This document shows positions 52,384-64,000 of a stretch of 64,000 bases of DNA, piece by piece; position 1 is the first letter of the stretch; each line of letters starts with the position of its first letter. Source of the DNA: Pecten maximus (taxonomy: Eukaryota). The translations under genes were made by a program, and so were the position numbers. Where the stretch lies: positions 35,960,001 to 36,024,000 of the forward strand of contig NC_047024.1 of assembly GCF_902652985.1 (NCBI RefSeq), written 5' to 3'. The notes under the pieces were generated by a model. That model saw only the letters and a program-made list of their open reading frames with translations. It made no database searches and was not told the origin of the DNA.

Positions 52384-54027
52384 TTATAGGTTACTATACC
52401 TATATATTATATCTGTGTTGGAGTTATTTTGATGAATGAGGACAGAGGTAGAAATCTCCACTGTCATTCTAACTAAATTAGCATGAACCATTTGCCTTAA
52501 AACTGGACACAAAAAATCTGGTATACCTTATTAACCTTGGAAGTCCTCAAATATATATTGTATATAAGTTGGCAGTATTATTTAAATCTGATGTAAAAAT
52601 ATTGTACACTCTGTCTTCAATCTTCAAATCTAATGTAAAAACATTCTACACTGTGTACAGGGTATAGCATTCTGTAAATCTAGCTATTACAATCAGTTCT
52701 GTATCAGATCAAAATGTAGTCCCAGAAACTATAAAAATAAATAAATAAATATTGACTGGAACATATGTCGAACTATTTGCTGATCGTCTACAAAAGACAT
52801 TTTATGATAATGGCTTTTAGCTTGTTGATAAATTCTTTAGCTAAAGTTTTTAAAACTAAATTTGTTGTTAAAAGAATATTAGTTCTTGTATTAAAAATGT
52901 CCTCCAATATATTAAATTATGTATAGTGCTTACAAAAATAGTCAGAAAAGTGCACTTACAAATATATCATTGATCCATAGGTTACAAGAGGATATGTTTG
53001 GGTAGGCTAGAGAGGAAGACACAGAAGTATAATTGTTTTACCAAAAACATGTGAGCTGAGTTATGACAACAGGTTTTTCCTAAAAATTTGCCCACGATAC
53101 AGTCACAGCTAGGGTTTAAACCTCTGTGTATGTTATAGTCTCGTGATTTCCATGGTGAGGTGGCTCCCACTTCTGGTATGGGTCCATTCTTAACTGTTCT
53201 ATTGGAGATTTACAGACTATTCAAATATTTTTATGGAGTATGGAAACTGCTGGTAATTGTTATGGGAATACAAACTTTATACATATCAATAAAACTGGGA
53301 ATCAGCAGCATTGCTGATGTAGGTTTGATGAATTGAGGATTAAATCAAAGTTAATACAACACGACATGAGGTATACATGACACCTACGAGTTTTACCTGT
53401 ATCTAGTATACCGATCCTTCAATATGTATAGACATAAGGATCAGTTGATGTATGTACCTAATCTTTTCCATATCTAAATTGGATTTGTATCATTACATTA
53501 AAGTCGTTCTGGTGATAAATTTGAATAAAGACAGTCAGGTGTGAAGTTTCTTCCAATAATTAATACTGGAATATTTACAGTAGTCATTTTCAGTAGATAT
53601 CTATAAACATACCTGTTAACACCTAACCAGGTAAATTAATTGTTTTTTTTTGAGAAATATTTGTAAAATAGTGAATAATGTAATGAAAATTTTAGGATAT
53701 AAATAGGATCATTGAATTAACAAACTGATTGAATTGACAGTAAATTAAATTAAATGCTCAAAATATAGCTATACAGTGAATTTGATTTTTGATATCCCAT
53801 AAAATTTTAAGTGGAATTATTTGTGACTTGGATGAGTTTCCTATCCCCCAAAGAGAACCATCATGGCTGTCTGTCTATTACAGGAATTATTTGGTAGTTG
53901 TATTACATCGTATAAATACCCGATAATGTCCTACATTTAGAAATAGATCTACATTTTTCAAATCTATCCTTATAAACTTAATGCTGTATCTTGTGTATTA
54001 AGCACATCCAATTAATTTCCGCGGATG

Positions 54028-54502
54028 TTACAGCGATGTAGACAGCAATACAACAAATATAAACAGATGTTTGTAGTAAGATGTTAATATATTACAGCGA
54101 TGTAGACAGCAATACAACAAATATAAACAGATGTTTGTAGTAAGATGTTAATATATTACAGCGATGTAGACAGCAATACAATAAATATAAACAGATGTTT
54201 GTAGTAAGATGTTAATATATTACAGCGATGTATACAGCAATACAATAAATATAAACAGATGTTTGTAGTAAGATGTTCATATATTACAGCGATGTAGACA
54301 ACAACACAATAAATATTAACAGACGTTTGTAGTAAGATGTTAATATATTACAGCGATGTAGACAGCAACACAATAAATATTAACAGACTTTTGTAGTAAG
54401 ATGTTAATATATTACAGCGATATAGACAGCAATACAATAAATATAAACAGACGTCTGTAGTAAGATGTTGATATATTACAGCGATATAGACAGCAATACA
54501 AT
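54028..54502. repeat. 64-bp tandem repeat, about 7.4 copies
   Basis: Unit ttacagcgatgtagacagcaatacaa...gatgttaatata. Confidence 0.93.
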
Positions 54503-54744
54503 ATACTTAGTATAATAAAGTGAAGCTAAAAGCCAAGGGATTTTAATGAGAATATTTTCATGAAATTATCCCTGTACAAACACTTCAGGTACAGTAAACA
54601 GGTGATATTTAATGGTGTGGCCCCGATGATTGGGTCAAGTGAAAGCTTGTTTATCTCTTTTGTCAATTCCAGAAAGATTAGTGTTCGATTGGTAATATGT
54701 AACTAATGATATGTTTATAGTTACCATAGAGTTCATTACGAGTA

Positions 54745-55470
54745 CCGTATTTGACCTAATAAGGGCGCCTGCCCTAATAAGGGCGCCCCTACCTTTTTTC
54801 AAGGAAATAAATCTTTGACTGAGTGTCAAAATGGTGTTCAAAAGTAATAATTGATGTGAAATATTTTGCTACTTTATGTGTTCAATTTTCCTCAGCAAAT
54901 TAAGTAACTGGAACACATGTTTTCGCCACATTTTGTGTATTCCTACAGGCTACAGATGACATGTCAGTGCAAAGAGCACCCAAAACTAAACACACATACA
55001 AATAATAACTTACCATCTTTATTTGAAGATAAAGTAAAGACTTCATTCTTGTTGATAAATAACTTTTGTTCAGAACAGAAAGCTAGTAAAAGACATTGTA
55101 AATCAATTATGAGGTCAAAGAAAACGATGTCTGATATGATCGGGGAAATCACCTGTTTCTATAAATAGAACACAAAAGAGTTCCATATGAACATAAATGG
55201 TGGAACACACGTTCTCTGGTCTAAAGATCAGCTGGCATAGTTTACAAGTTTACATGAGTATTCAAGTGATGTTTAAGCTTAATATATGATAATGAATAGA
55301 TATCTTCATCTGGAATATTTTGATGACTGAATATTTTACCGTTTCCACAACCTTGGGTATTCTGCTATAAGGTATAGTCTGTTTCATAAAACTTCAGAAT
55401 AACTAATCTTAATAAGGGCGCCCCCACTGTCAATTACCCGCGCCCTGCGCCCTTATTAGGTCAAATACGG
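54745..55470. mobile_element. Tc1/pogo-type MITE with perfect 24-bp TIRs
   Basis: ccgtatttgacctaataagggcgc / gcgcccttattaggtcaaatacgg, TA duplication on both sides. Confidence 0.92.
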
Positions 55471-55535
55471 TATATTCTGCTGTGTGACCTTGAAACTACA
55501 AAATAAAAGACTATTTTTTTTTATTTCTATTGCAG

Positions 55536-56468
55536 ACTCGCGGGGAACTACAAGACAAGCAGCCCCCGTTACCTGGGTGATGATGACCCTCAAATCCAGG
55601 CTTACTTGATTAATCAAGCAACAAGCCCAGAACCAGTGGAAGAGGTTTTCGACGAAGACGGAGTAATACGTCTGTACATTCCAGAGTTTGATAATTACGG
55701 AGGAGAGGAAACCGAAAGAAGTGACACACATTTCCCCGGCAGTGATCCCTCTGACCCTTGTATCCTTGAAGATCAATTCTGTGTTGATGAGGTCACACAT
55801 CAAGGAAATTCTAACACTGTTTATCGTGTAAAATCAGCTCCCCCTGGTGGTCGTGTAGGGAAACAACCTATCAGTAATAATTCTCCAACTTTTTCTCCAA
55901 AGGAATCAGGTCGAACGTACATAACTGCTAATAATTATTTACAGAATTTATATCCAAAATCACAGCGATATATTCATAAAACTGTATATGAAGTTACGTC
56001 CCCTAACAAGAGTGATCCAACCGACAACATTCGAGGAAGGTGTACTAATGTTACTGCCGTCTTAAACAAACCCATAGCCTCACCTTCAGAAACGGGATTT
56101 AAAAAACGAACAAAACCCATTCGTCCCAGTTACAGTGCTAATTCTATTCGTAAAGTAGGAAAACAAAAAGAAACTAAGAAGATGAATTACATCGGTGGAG
56201 AGCGGTTTATATCCAATGGAATGACGTCAGGCAATATGATGTCTACTCACATGACAACGTCATCGTCAAGTCATATAAATCGTGTTCAGGAGAAAGAGGA
56301 GCTACAGCGTTTGAACGATAGGTTCAGTTCTTATGTGCAGCGTGTGCGACAGCTACGTGAACAAAGTGGACAAATTGACTCCTCATCGTTCCTTAAGACC
56401 ACTAAACAATTAGAGGAGGAAGTGGCGAACCTTAAAAATTTATATGAACATGAACTCAACAACATCAG
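55536..56468 (+). CDS. Lamin-type intermediate filament protein: long head plus coil 1A and start of coil 1B
   Basis: Acceptor ttctattgcag; open frame; RVQEKEELQRLNDRFSSYVQRVRQL and LKNLYEHELNNIR match the IF/lamin rod start; donor AG|GTAAGA. Confidence 0.9.
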
Positions 56469-56696
56469 GTAAGATTTATCATGGTTAAGTCACCATTTAC
56501 TAAGAACAATTTTACAGTTTCTATGAAATCATTAATTTTTGTGGATGTTGTTATTTTCATTGTTTTTGTAAGTACTCTTGGTCAAGAAATACATGTGCCC
56601 CTGAATTGTTTGAAGCTGAACACGATTTTAACAGCAAAATGAGCCAATTTAGGCAGTTGATACTTGTCAAACATGATCTGTGTGACTTTTCACATG

Positions 56697-57137
56697 GCCA
56701 AACCCTGTACATCAGGGGACGAGCTGTGACTACCAATACAGGACCAAACCCTGTACATCAGGGGACGACCTGTGTAACTAACCACGGCACCAAACCCTGT
56801 ACATAGGGGACGACCGCGACCTGTGACTACCAATACAGGACCTGTACATCAGGGGACGACCTGTGACTACCAATACAGGACCAAACCCTGTACATCAGGG
56901 GACGACCTGTGACTACCAATACAGGACCAAACCCTGTACATCAGGGGACGACCTGTGTAACTAACCACGGCACCAAACCCTGTACATAGGGGACGACCGC
57001 GACCTGTGACTACCAATACAGGACCTGTACATCAGGGGACGACCTGTGACTACTAATACAGGACCTGTACATCAGGCGACGATCTGTGACTACCAATACA
57101 GGACCAAACCCTGTACATCAGGGGACGACCTGTGACT
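56697..57137. repeat. Irregular 36-48 bp tandem repeat (ggaccaaaccctgtacatcaggggacgacctgtgactaccaataca)
   Basis: Direct inspection. Confidence 0.88.
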
Positions 57138-57315
57138 GACCCAGACCAAGCTCTGCCCCTTGATTTAGTTGCTGTTCTCGGATATAAGACAATAATGGTT
57201 ATTCATTTCTTTTTCATATTTCACGGAAATTAATTTTGAAAAAAAAGGTAAAGGGATCACAAAATCATATAGCATGTATATCAACAAAAAATTTAACTTT
57301 GTACCTTGTGGTCAT

Positions 57316-60155
57316 CAGAATGTAGGTGGTTACTGAAGTTTGTCGATACTTGTATATGGTGGTATTGGTGTGAGTATATGGTGGTATTGGTGTGAGTGAC
57401 ATGAGAGTGTAGGTCGTTACTGAAGTTTGTCGATACTTGTATATGGTGGTATTGGTGTGAGTATATGGTGGTATTGGTGTGAGTATATGGTGGTATTGGT
57501 GTGAGTATATGGTGGTTTTGGTGTGAGTATATGGTGGTATTGGTGTGAGTGACATGAGAGTGTAGGTGGTTACTGAAGTTTGTCGATACTTGTATATGGT
57601 GGTATTGGTGTGAGTATATGGTGGTATTGGTGTGAGTATATGGTGGTTTTGGTGTGAGTATATGGTGGTATTGGTGTGAGTGACATGAGAGTGTAGGTGG
57701 TTACTGAAGTTTGTCGATACTTGTATATGGTGGTATTGGTGTGAGTGACATGAGAGTGTAGGTGGTTACTGAAGTTTGTCGATACTTGTATATGGTGGTA
57801 TTGGTGTGAGTGACATGAGAGTGTAGGTGGTTACTGAAGTTTGTCGATACATGTATATGGTGGTATTGGTGTGAGTATATGGTGGTATTGGTGTGAGTAT
57901 ATGGTGGTATTGGTGTGAGTATATGGTGGTATTGGTGTGAGTGACATAATAGTGTAGGTGGTTACTGAAGTTTGTCGATACTTGTATATGGTGGTATTGG
58001 TGTGAGTATATGGTGGTATTGGTGTGAGTATATGGTGGTATTGGTGTGAGTATATGGTGGTATTGGTGTGAGTATATGGTGGTATTGGTGTGAGTGACAT
58101 GAGAGTGTTGGTGGTTACTGAAGTTTGTCGATACTTGTATATGGTGGTATTGGTGTGAGTATATGGTGGTATTGGTGTGAGTATATGGTGGTATTGGTGT
58201 GAGTATATGGTGGTATTGGTGTGAGTATATGGTGGTATTGGTGTGAGTATATGGTGGTATTGGTGTGAGTATATGGTGGTATTGGTGTGAGTATATGGTG
58301 GTATTGGTGTGAGTGACATGAGAGTGTTGGTGGTTACTGAAGTTTGTCGATACTTGTATATGGTGGTATTGGTGTGAGTATATGGTGGTATTGGTGTGAG
58401 TATATGGTGGTATTGGTGTGAGTATATGGTGGTATTGGTGTGAGTATATGGTGGTATTGGTGTGAGTATATGGTGGTATTGGTGTGAGTGACATGAGAGT
58501 GTTGGTGGTTACTGAAGTTTGTCGATACTTGTATATGGTGGTATTGGTGTGAGTATATGGTGGTATTGGTGTGAGTATATGGTGGTATTGGTGTGAGTGA
58601 CATGAGAGTGTTGGTGGTTACTGAAGTTTGTCGATACTTGTATATGGTGGTATATGGGGCATTGTTGATGTAGTATATGGTGGTATTGGTGTGAGATATA
58701 TGGTGGTATTGGTGGTGAGTGACATGAGAGTGTTGGTGGTTACTGAAGTTTGTCGATACTTGTATATGGTGGTATTGGTGTGAGTAATGGTGAGAGTAGG
58801 TAGGTGGTGGGTTAGGACTGAGAGTGTGGTTCTGGTTCGATACTTGTATATGGTGGTATTGGTGTGAGTGACATAATGTGGTAGGTGGTTACTGAAGTTT
58901 GTCGGATGACATTGAGATGGTTGGGTATGGTGTCGCGTGATATGGTGGTGATTGGTTGTGAGGACATGAGAGTGTAGGTGGTTACTGAAGTGTCGGTACT
59001 GATATGGTGGTATTGGGTGGTATATAGGCCGATGTGACTTGGAGGGTGAGTATGGGTGGTTAGGTGGGTCTGGTGAGGTAGAGGGGTGGGAGGTGGTCTT
59101 GTGGGGAGTGGGGTGTATATGGTGGCTCTTGTGTGAGGTAATGGTGTGAGTGACATAAGAATGTAGGTGGTTACTGAAGTTTGTCGATACTTGTATACGG
59201 TGGTATTGGTGTGAGTATATGGTGGTATTGGTGTGAGTGACATAAGAATGTAGGTGGTTACTGAAGTTTGTCGATACTTGTATATGGTGGTATTGGTGTG
59301 AGTATATGGTGGTATTGGTGTGAGTGACATAAGAGTGTTGGTGGTTACTGAAGTTTGTCGATACTTGTATATGGTGGTATTGGTGTGAGTATATGGTGGT
59401 ATTGGTGTGAGTGACATAAGAGTGTTGGTGGTTACTGAAGTTTGTCGATACTTGTATATGGTGGTATTGGTGTGAGTGACATAAGAGTGTTGGTGGTTAC
59501 TGAAGTTTGTCGATACTTGTATATGGTGGTATTGGTGTGAGTATATGGTGGTATTGGTGTGAGTATATGGTGGTATTGGTGTGAGTATATGGTGGTATTG
59601 GTGTGAGTGACATAAGAGTGTTGGTGGTTACTGAAGTTTGTCGATACTTGTATATGGTGGTATTGGTGTGAGTGACATGAGAGTGTAGGTGGTTACTGAA
59701 GTTTGTCGATACTTGTATATGGTGGTATTGGTGTGAGTATATGGTGGTATTGGTGTGAGTGACATGAGAGTGTAGGTCGTTACTGAAGTTTGTCGATACT
59801 TGTATATGGTGGTATTGGTGTGAGTATATGGTGGTATTGGTGTGAGTGACATGAGAGTGTAGGTCGTTACTGAAGTTTGTTGATACTTGTATATGGTGGT
59901 ATTGGTGTGAGTGACATGAGAGTGTAGGTCGTTACTGAAGTTTGTCGATACTTGTATATGGTGGTATTGGTGTGAGTGACATGAGAGTGTAGGTCGTTAC
60001 TGAAGTTTGTCAATACTTGTATATGGTGGTATTGGTGTGAGTATATGGTGGTATTGGTGTGAGTATATGGTGGTATTGGTGTGAGTGACATGAGAGTGTA
60101 GGTGGTTACTGAAGTTTGTCGATACTTGTATATGGTGGTATTGGTGTCAGTGACA
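57316..60155. repeat. Compound minisatellite: about 65-bp unit with a variable number of nested 22-bp units (gagtatatggtggtattggtgt)
   Basis: Direct inspection; noisy block at about 58650-59150. Confidence 0.95.
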
Positions 60156-60842
60156 TTCAATAAAGGACCTACATATCTACCCCAGGCTAAGCCATATTCA
60201 AATCATGAAATTTATAATGAAAAGATACAGTATTTTCTAAATAATATGTAGATTGTTGTTCATAGCTACGATAGTATGTTCTGGCCCGTGATAGCCACAG
60301 ATTAAACTAATGCTTTATTCATGAGTATTAAAGCACCAAGTCTCAGACCGTTGTGTATTGACAGATATTTAAAACCTTTACGGCATCAGACAGATTTGTT
60401 TATTTATTATCAGCAAAGTTTGTACAGGTTACGGCATGTGTAATGTACGTGTTGTGTCAAAAGAATATGTAATGAATTAGAAACATTTTACTTTGTAATT
60501 AATTTCTGTTGACATGCCAGCAGTGTACTTGTCTTTTGTTAGGTATCCGGATATCCACCAAAGATTATCATAAGATAGCAATTGCACATGGTATATTAGG
60601 AACTTAATGAATACAGTTTACATAACTTCATAGGAATTGTGTAGACCTAAAAACTGTTTGTTTAGCCAGCCTATAATATAATAATAAGAATTTATTACCA
60701 TATTTGTCCAGATAAGACGTAGAGCACATTACACTTTATCAAACCATATACGTGAAATAAAGGTCGGAAAAGAAAAACATAATATATTCTTAAGAAACAC
60801 AAGAATATGATGTACATAGCAAGTTGCTTCTCTGTGACAGAG

Positions 60843-61153
60843 GACCGTGATAGCTCAGGCAGGAGAGCTCTGGCCACGTAGCCTCAGGCGAAGGTCCGAG
60901 GTGTGTGGCTTGGCACTCCCTACCCGTGGCAATTTGTGTTTCTCGGGAAGCTGAAGATCAGTCTCTGTTGTCGTTGTTGTGTACTTGGGCATTTAAAACA
61001 CAGTACTCTTTACCCTGATTGTTCTGGGTGACATACGAGTGGCCCTCAGTATGTTGTTCTGTGAGGTAGCCACCAACTACTACAAGGAGACCCCACCTCA
61101 AAATGACCCTGGTTGTTCACGGGGTGATAAACCCAACAAACAAAACAAACAAA
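60843..61153 (+). mobile_element. tRNA-derived SINE with a CORE-like central domain
   Basis: A-box-like gatagctcaggcagg, core-like tgttgtgtacttgggca...ctttaccct, 3' aaatgaccctggttgtt and (caaa)n tail. Confidence 0.65.
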
Positions 61154-61464
61154 TTCTCTGCGACATCTGTTTACAAAGGGTTATCATAGTGCCTTGAGAG
61201 ATTGGTGAATTAAGTAACCATTTTATAGACTCAAAATTAAATAGTGCACATACTTTCATTCCCAGAAAAATGACAGTGGTGCACTTATAGAGACATGTGT
61301 ACTAGGACTAATATGGTATTTTATAGCGCATGCTTGACTTCAGTAAATATACTAATTTTAGCCACAATCTTATTTTAGCGATTTTTGCACTTAAAACAAT
61401 TTGCTAATTGATGATTGCGCTAATGACACTTAATTTATATGGTTTTACCCATTCATATTGCGCA

Positions 61465-63030
61465 ATTATACTACATTAACCTCTTATACGCCATATCAAT
61501 ATAATTACATTATACCTCTCCGGATAACAGCAGATAAAGGAGGACACAGTAGACCGACAGAGACAAGAGACAACATGAGACCGCGGATAACATCAGAGCA
61601 AGATACGTACAGTATACCACCCAGCAAGAGACGTACAGTATACCACCAGAGCAAGATAAGCAGGTAACCACCATGCAAGAGACGACAGGAGACCACCAGA
61701 GCAGGAGACGACAGGAGACCACCAGAGCAAGAGACGACAGGAGACCGCCAGAGCAAGAGACGACAGGAGACCACCAGAGCAAGAGACGACAGGAGACCAC
61801 CAGAGCAAGAGACGACAGGAGACCACCAGAGCAAGAGACGACAGGAGACCACCAGAGCAAGAGACGACAGTGAGACCACCAGAGCAAGAGACGACAGGAG
61901 ACCACCAGAGCAAGAGACCACAGGAGACCACCAGAGCAAGAGACGACAGGAGACCGCGGAGACCAGCAGAGCAAGAGACGACAGGAGACCACCAGAGCAA
62001 GAGACGACAGGAGGACAGCGGAGACCAGCAAGAGACGACAGGAGACCGCGGAGACCAGCAGAGCAAGAGACGACAGGAGACCGCGGAGACCAGCAGAGCA
62101 AGAGACGACAGGAGACAGCGGAGACCACCAGAGCAGGAGACGACAGGAGACCACCAGAGCAAGAGACGACAGGAGACCGCCAGAGCAAGAGACGACAGGA
62201 TACCACCAGAGCAAGAGACGATCAGGAGACCCACCAGAGCAAGATGACGGAAGGAGACCACCAGAGCAAGAGACGACAGGAGACCACAGAGCAAGAGACG
62301 ACAGGAGACCACCAGAGCAAGAGACGACAGGAGACCACCAGAGCAAGAGACCACAGGAGACCACCAGAGCAAGAGACGACAGGAGACCTGCGGAGACCAG
62401 CAGAGCAAGAGACGACAGGAGACCACCAGAGCAAGAGACGACAGGAGACCCCCAGAGCAAGAGACGACAGGAGACCACCAGAGCAAGAGACGACAGGAGA
62501 CCACCAGAGCAAGAGACGACAGGAGACCACCAGAGCAAGAGACCACAGGAGACCACCAGAGCAAGAGACGACAGGAGACCACCAGAGCATAGAGACGACA
62601 GGAGACCACCAGAGCAAGAGACGACAGGAGACCGCGGAGACCACCAGAGCAAGAGACAGGAGACCACCAGAGCAAGGACGACAGGAGACACCCAGAGCAA
62701 TGAGACGACAAGACCCCCAGAGCAAGAGGACGACAGGAGACCACCAGAGCAAGAGACGACAGGAGACCCCCCAGAGCAAAGTACACCAGAAGGACTAAGT
62801 GAGACCACCAGATGCAATGAGACTACAGTATACCACCCAGATCAATATAGCTTACATGTATTACCACCATTATTCAATATTTCCTACATTATACCACCAT
62901 ATGCAATAACTACATTATACCACCATATTCAATCTACTACATTATACACCATAGTCAATGATACCACATTTATACCACCATATCAATATACTACATTATA
63001 CCACCATATCAATATACTACATTATACCTC
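61465..63030. repeat. 26-bp tandem array: edges ccaccatatcaatatactacattata, centre (61680-62775) ccaccagagcaagagacgacaggaga (T->G form)
   Basis: Direct inspection; mixed units at both transitions. Confidence 0.93.
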
Positions 63031-63185
63031 TTCCTTCACACAGTTAATGGTTGATTTTGGATTTGTTGTACCATTATCAGAGATGGGTTAACTAAGTCAT
63101 TTCTCAATGATGTTCTTCACTTGGTGTTGAATATGTAAAATATATTGAAATTGTATATGTAATCTATCTTTTTTTACACATATAG

Positions 63186-63275
63186 GTGTCAGCTAGATGA
63201 GGTGACAAAGGAAAAGAACTCCTTTCATCTACAGTTCAACAAGAGTAACCAAACTGCAGCTGACCTTCAGGACAG
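63186..63275 (+). CDS. Intermediate filament exon, coil 1B (RCQLDEVTKEKNSFHLQFNKSNQTAADLQDR)
   Basis: Acceptor tttttacacatatag, donor AG|GTATTG, 90 nt phase 2-2; aligns by eye to lamin RKTLDSVAKERARLQLEL; gene continues beyond the window. Confidence 0.88.
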
Positions 63276-64000
63276 GTATTGAATGTCAATCGGATGGAAA
63301 CAAATTAGATGCCACTATTAAGAATAAAATAGATTAATCATTTGGAGCTTTTTCATGCTGCGCATAATCAATTTGGTGAATCAGCCCTAAAATCATTCAT
63401 TTCATATTCATGTCATACACAGTTTACATCATACAGGACCATTTTTCCACTTGGATCTTCAGGCTCGTCTGGTAATGTGACCTAACTATGTATGGTAGCA
63501 GTCATTGCGGTTGATGACTTTTGCCCGTTCTCGTAGAGAACACAGGACCACGCCTGGCCACAACCTGCTCTTTCAATTCCAATCATGTATTTGTTCATTG
63601 TCTATCAGCTCTAAAAAAAAAAATAATACTTAACCCATTTTCCTTAACCAGGACAACATTTCCCTTAATAATGGTAATTGTATAATTATATGCCGCAGCT
63701 AAGACAGCCCTAAGTGCTATTTGTTTGATTTTGTTGACTTTGTATTATTTAGTATGTTAGAATAGTTTATAATGTTAATACCTAGTGATTTGTTTCATAA
63801 TACAGTTGTCAGTCTTTAAACTGTGTTTTTGATTGTTTATGAAATTTAAAGGAAAAAAAGCTCTGTTCATTGGTTGTAGGGATGACCAGAATTTGTCCCG
63901 AGAAAAATGTTTGTCTCAAGTAAAATGACCTCCCTTTTTGTCCCTAATAGAATTACCTCCCTTTTTGTCCCTAATAGAGTTACCTCCCTTTTCAACAATA

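Noticed and set aside
57316-60155. CRISPR-like repeat/spacer layout
   Set aside because: The apparent spacers are copies of one 22-mer, the context is a eukaryotic intron, and there are no cas genes
61505-62817. ORFs of 185-435 aa on both strands
   Set aside because: Products of the T->G form of a 26-bp intronic repeat

Overview
AT-rich, intron-rich animal genomic DNA; the SINE, Helentron-like and MITE repertoire suggests a bivalve mollusc, possibly a scallop (inference). Three genes are supported. (1) A minus-strand, 10-coding-exon RING-H2 E3 ubiquitin ligase (about 25472-37157) with an RNF38/RNF44/Arkadia-type pre-RING motif, a UIM-like motif and a SIM-like motif. (2) The 5' part of a plus-strand lamin-type intermediate filament gene with an unusually long head (exons at 51176, 55536 and 63186; runs off the window). 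(3) The first exon and CLEAR/ETS promoter of a minus-strand gene at about 3825-4006. The rest is many minisatellites, two V-type SINEs and one CORE-type SINE, Tc1/pogo-type MITEs, Helentron-like elements, a palindromic IS3EU-like element with a 6-bp TSD, and decayed CR1-like (with a 2A StopGo motif), RTE and Penelope fragments. All very long ORFs in the track are read-throughs of tandem repeats. The most striking observation: both GC-rich arrays (8.5-18.0 kb and 61.7-62.8 kb) are exact T->G letter-for-letter transliterations of G-free AT-rich units preserved at their own edges. This is most likely a base-calling or consensus artefact. It would be extraordinary if real.
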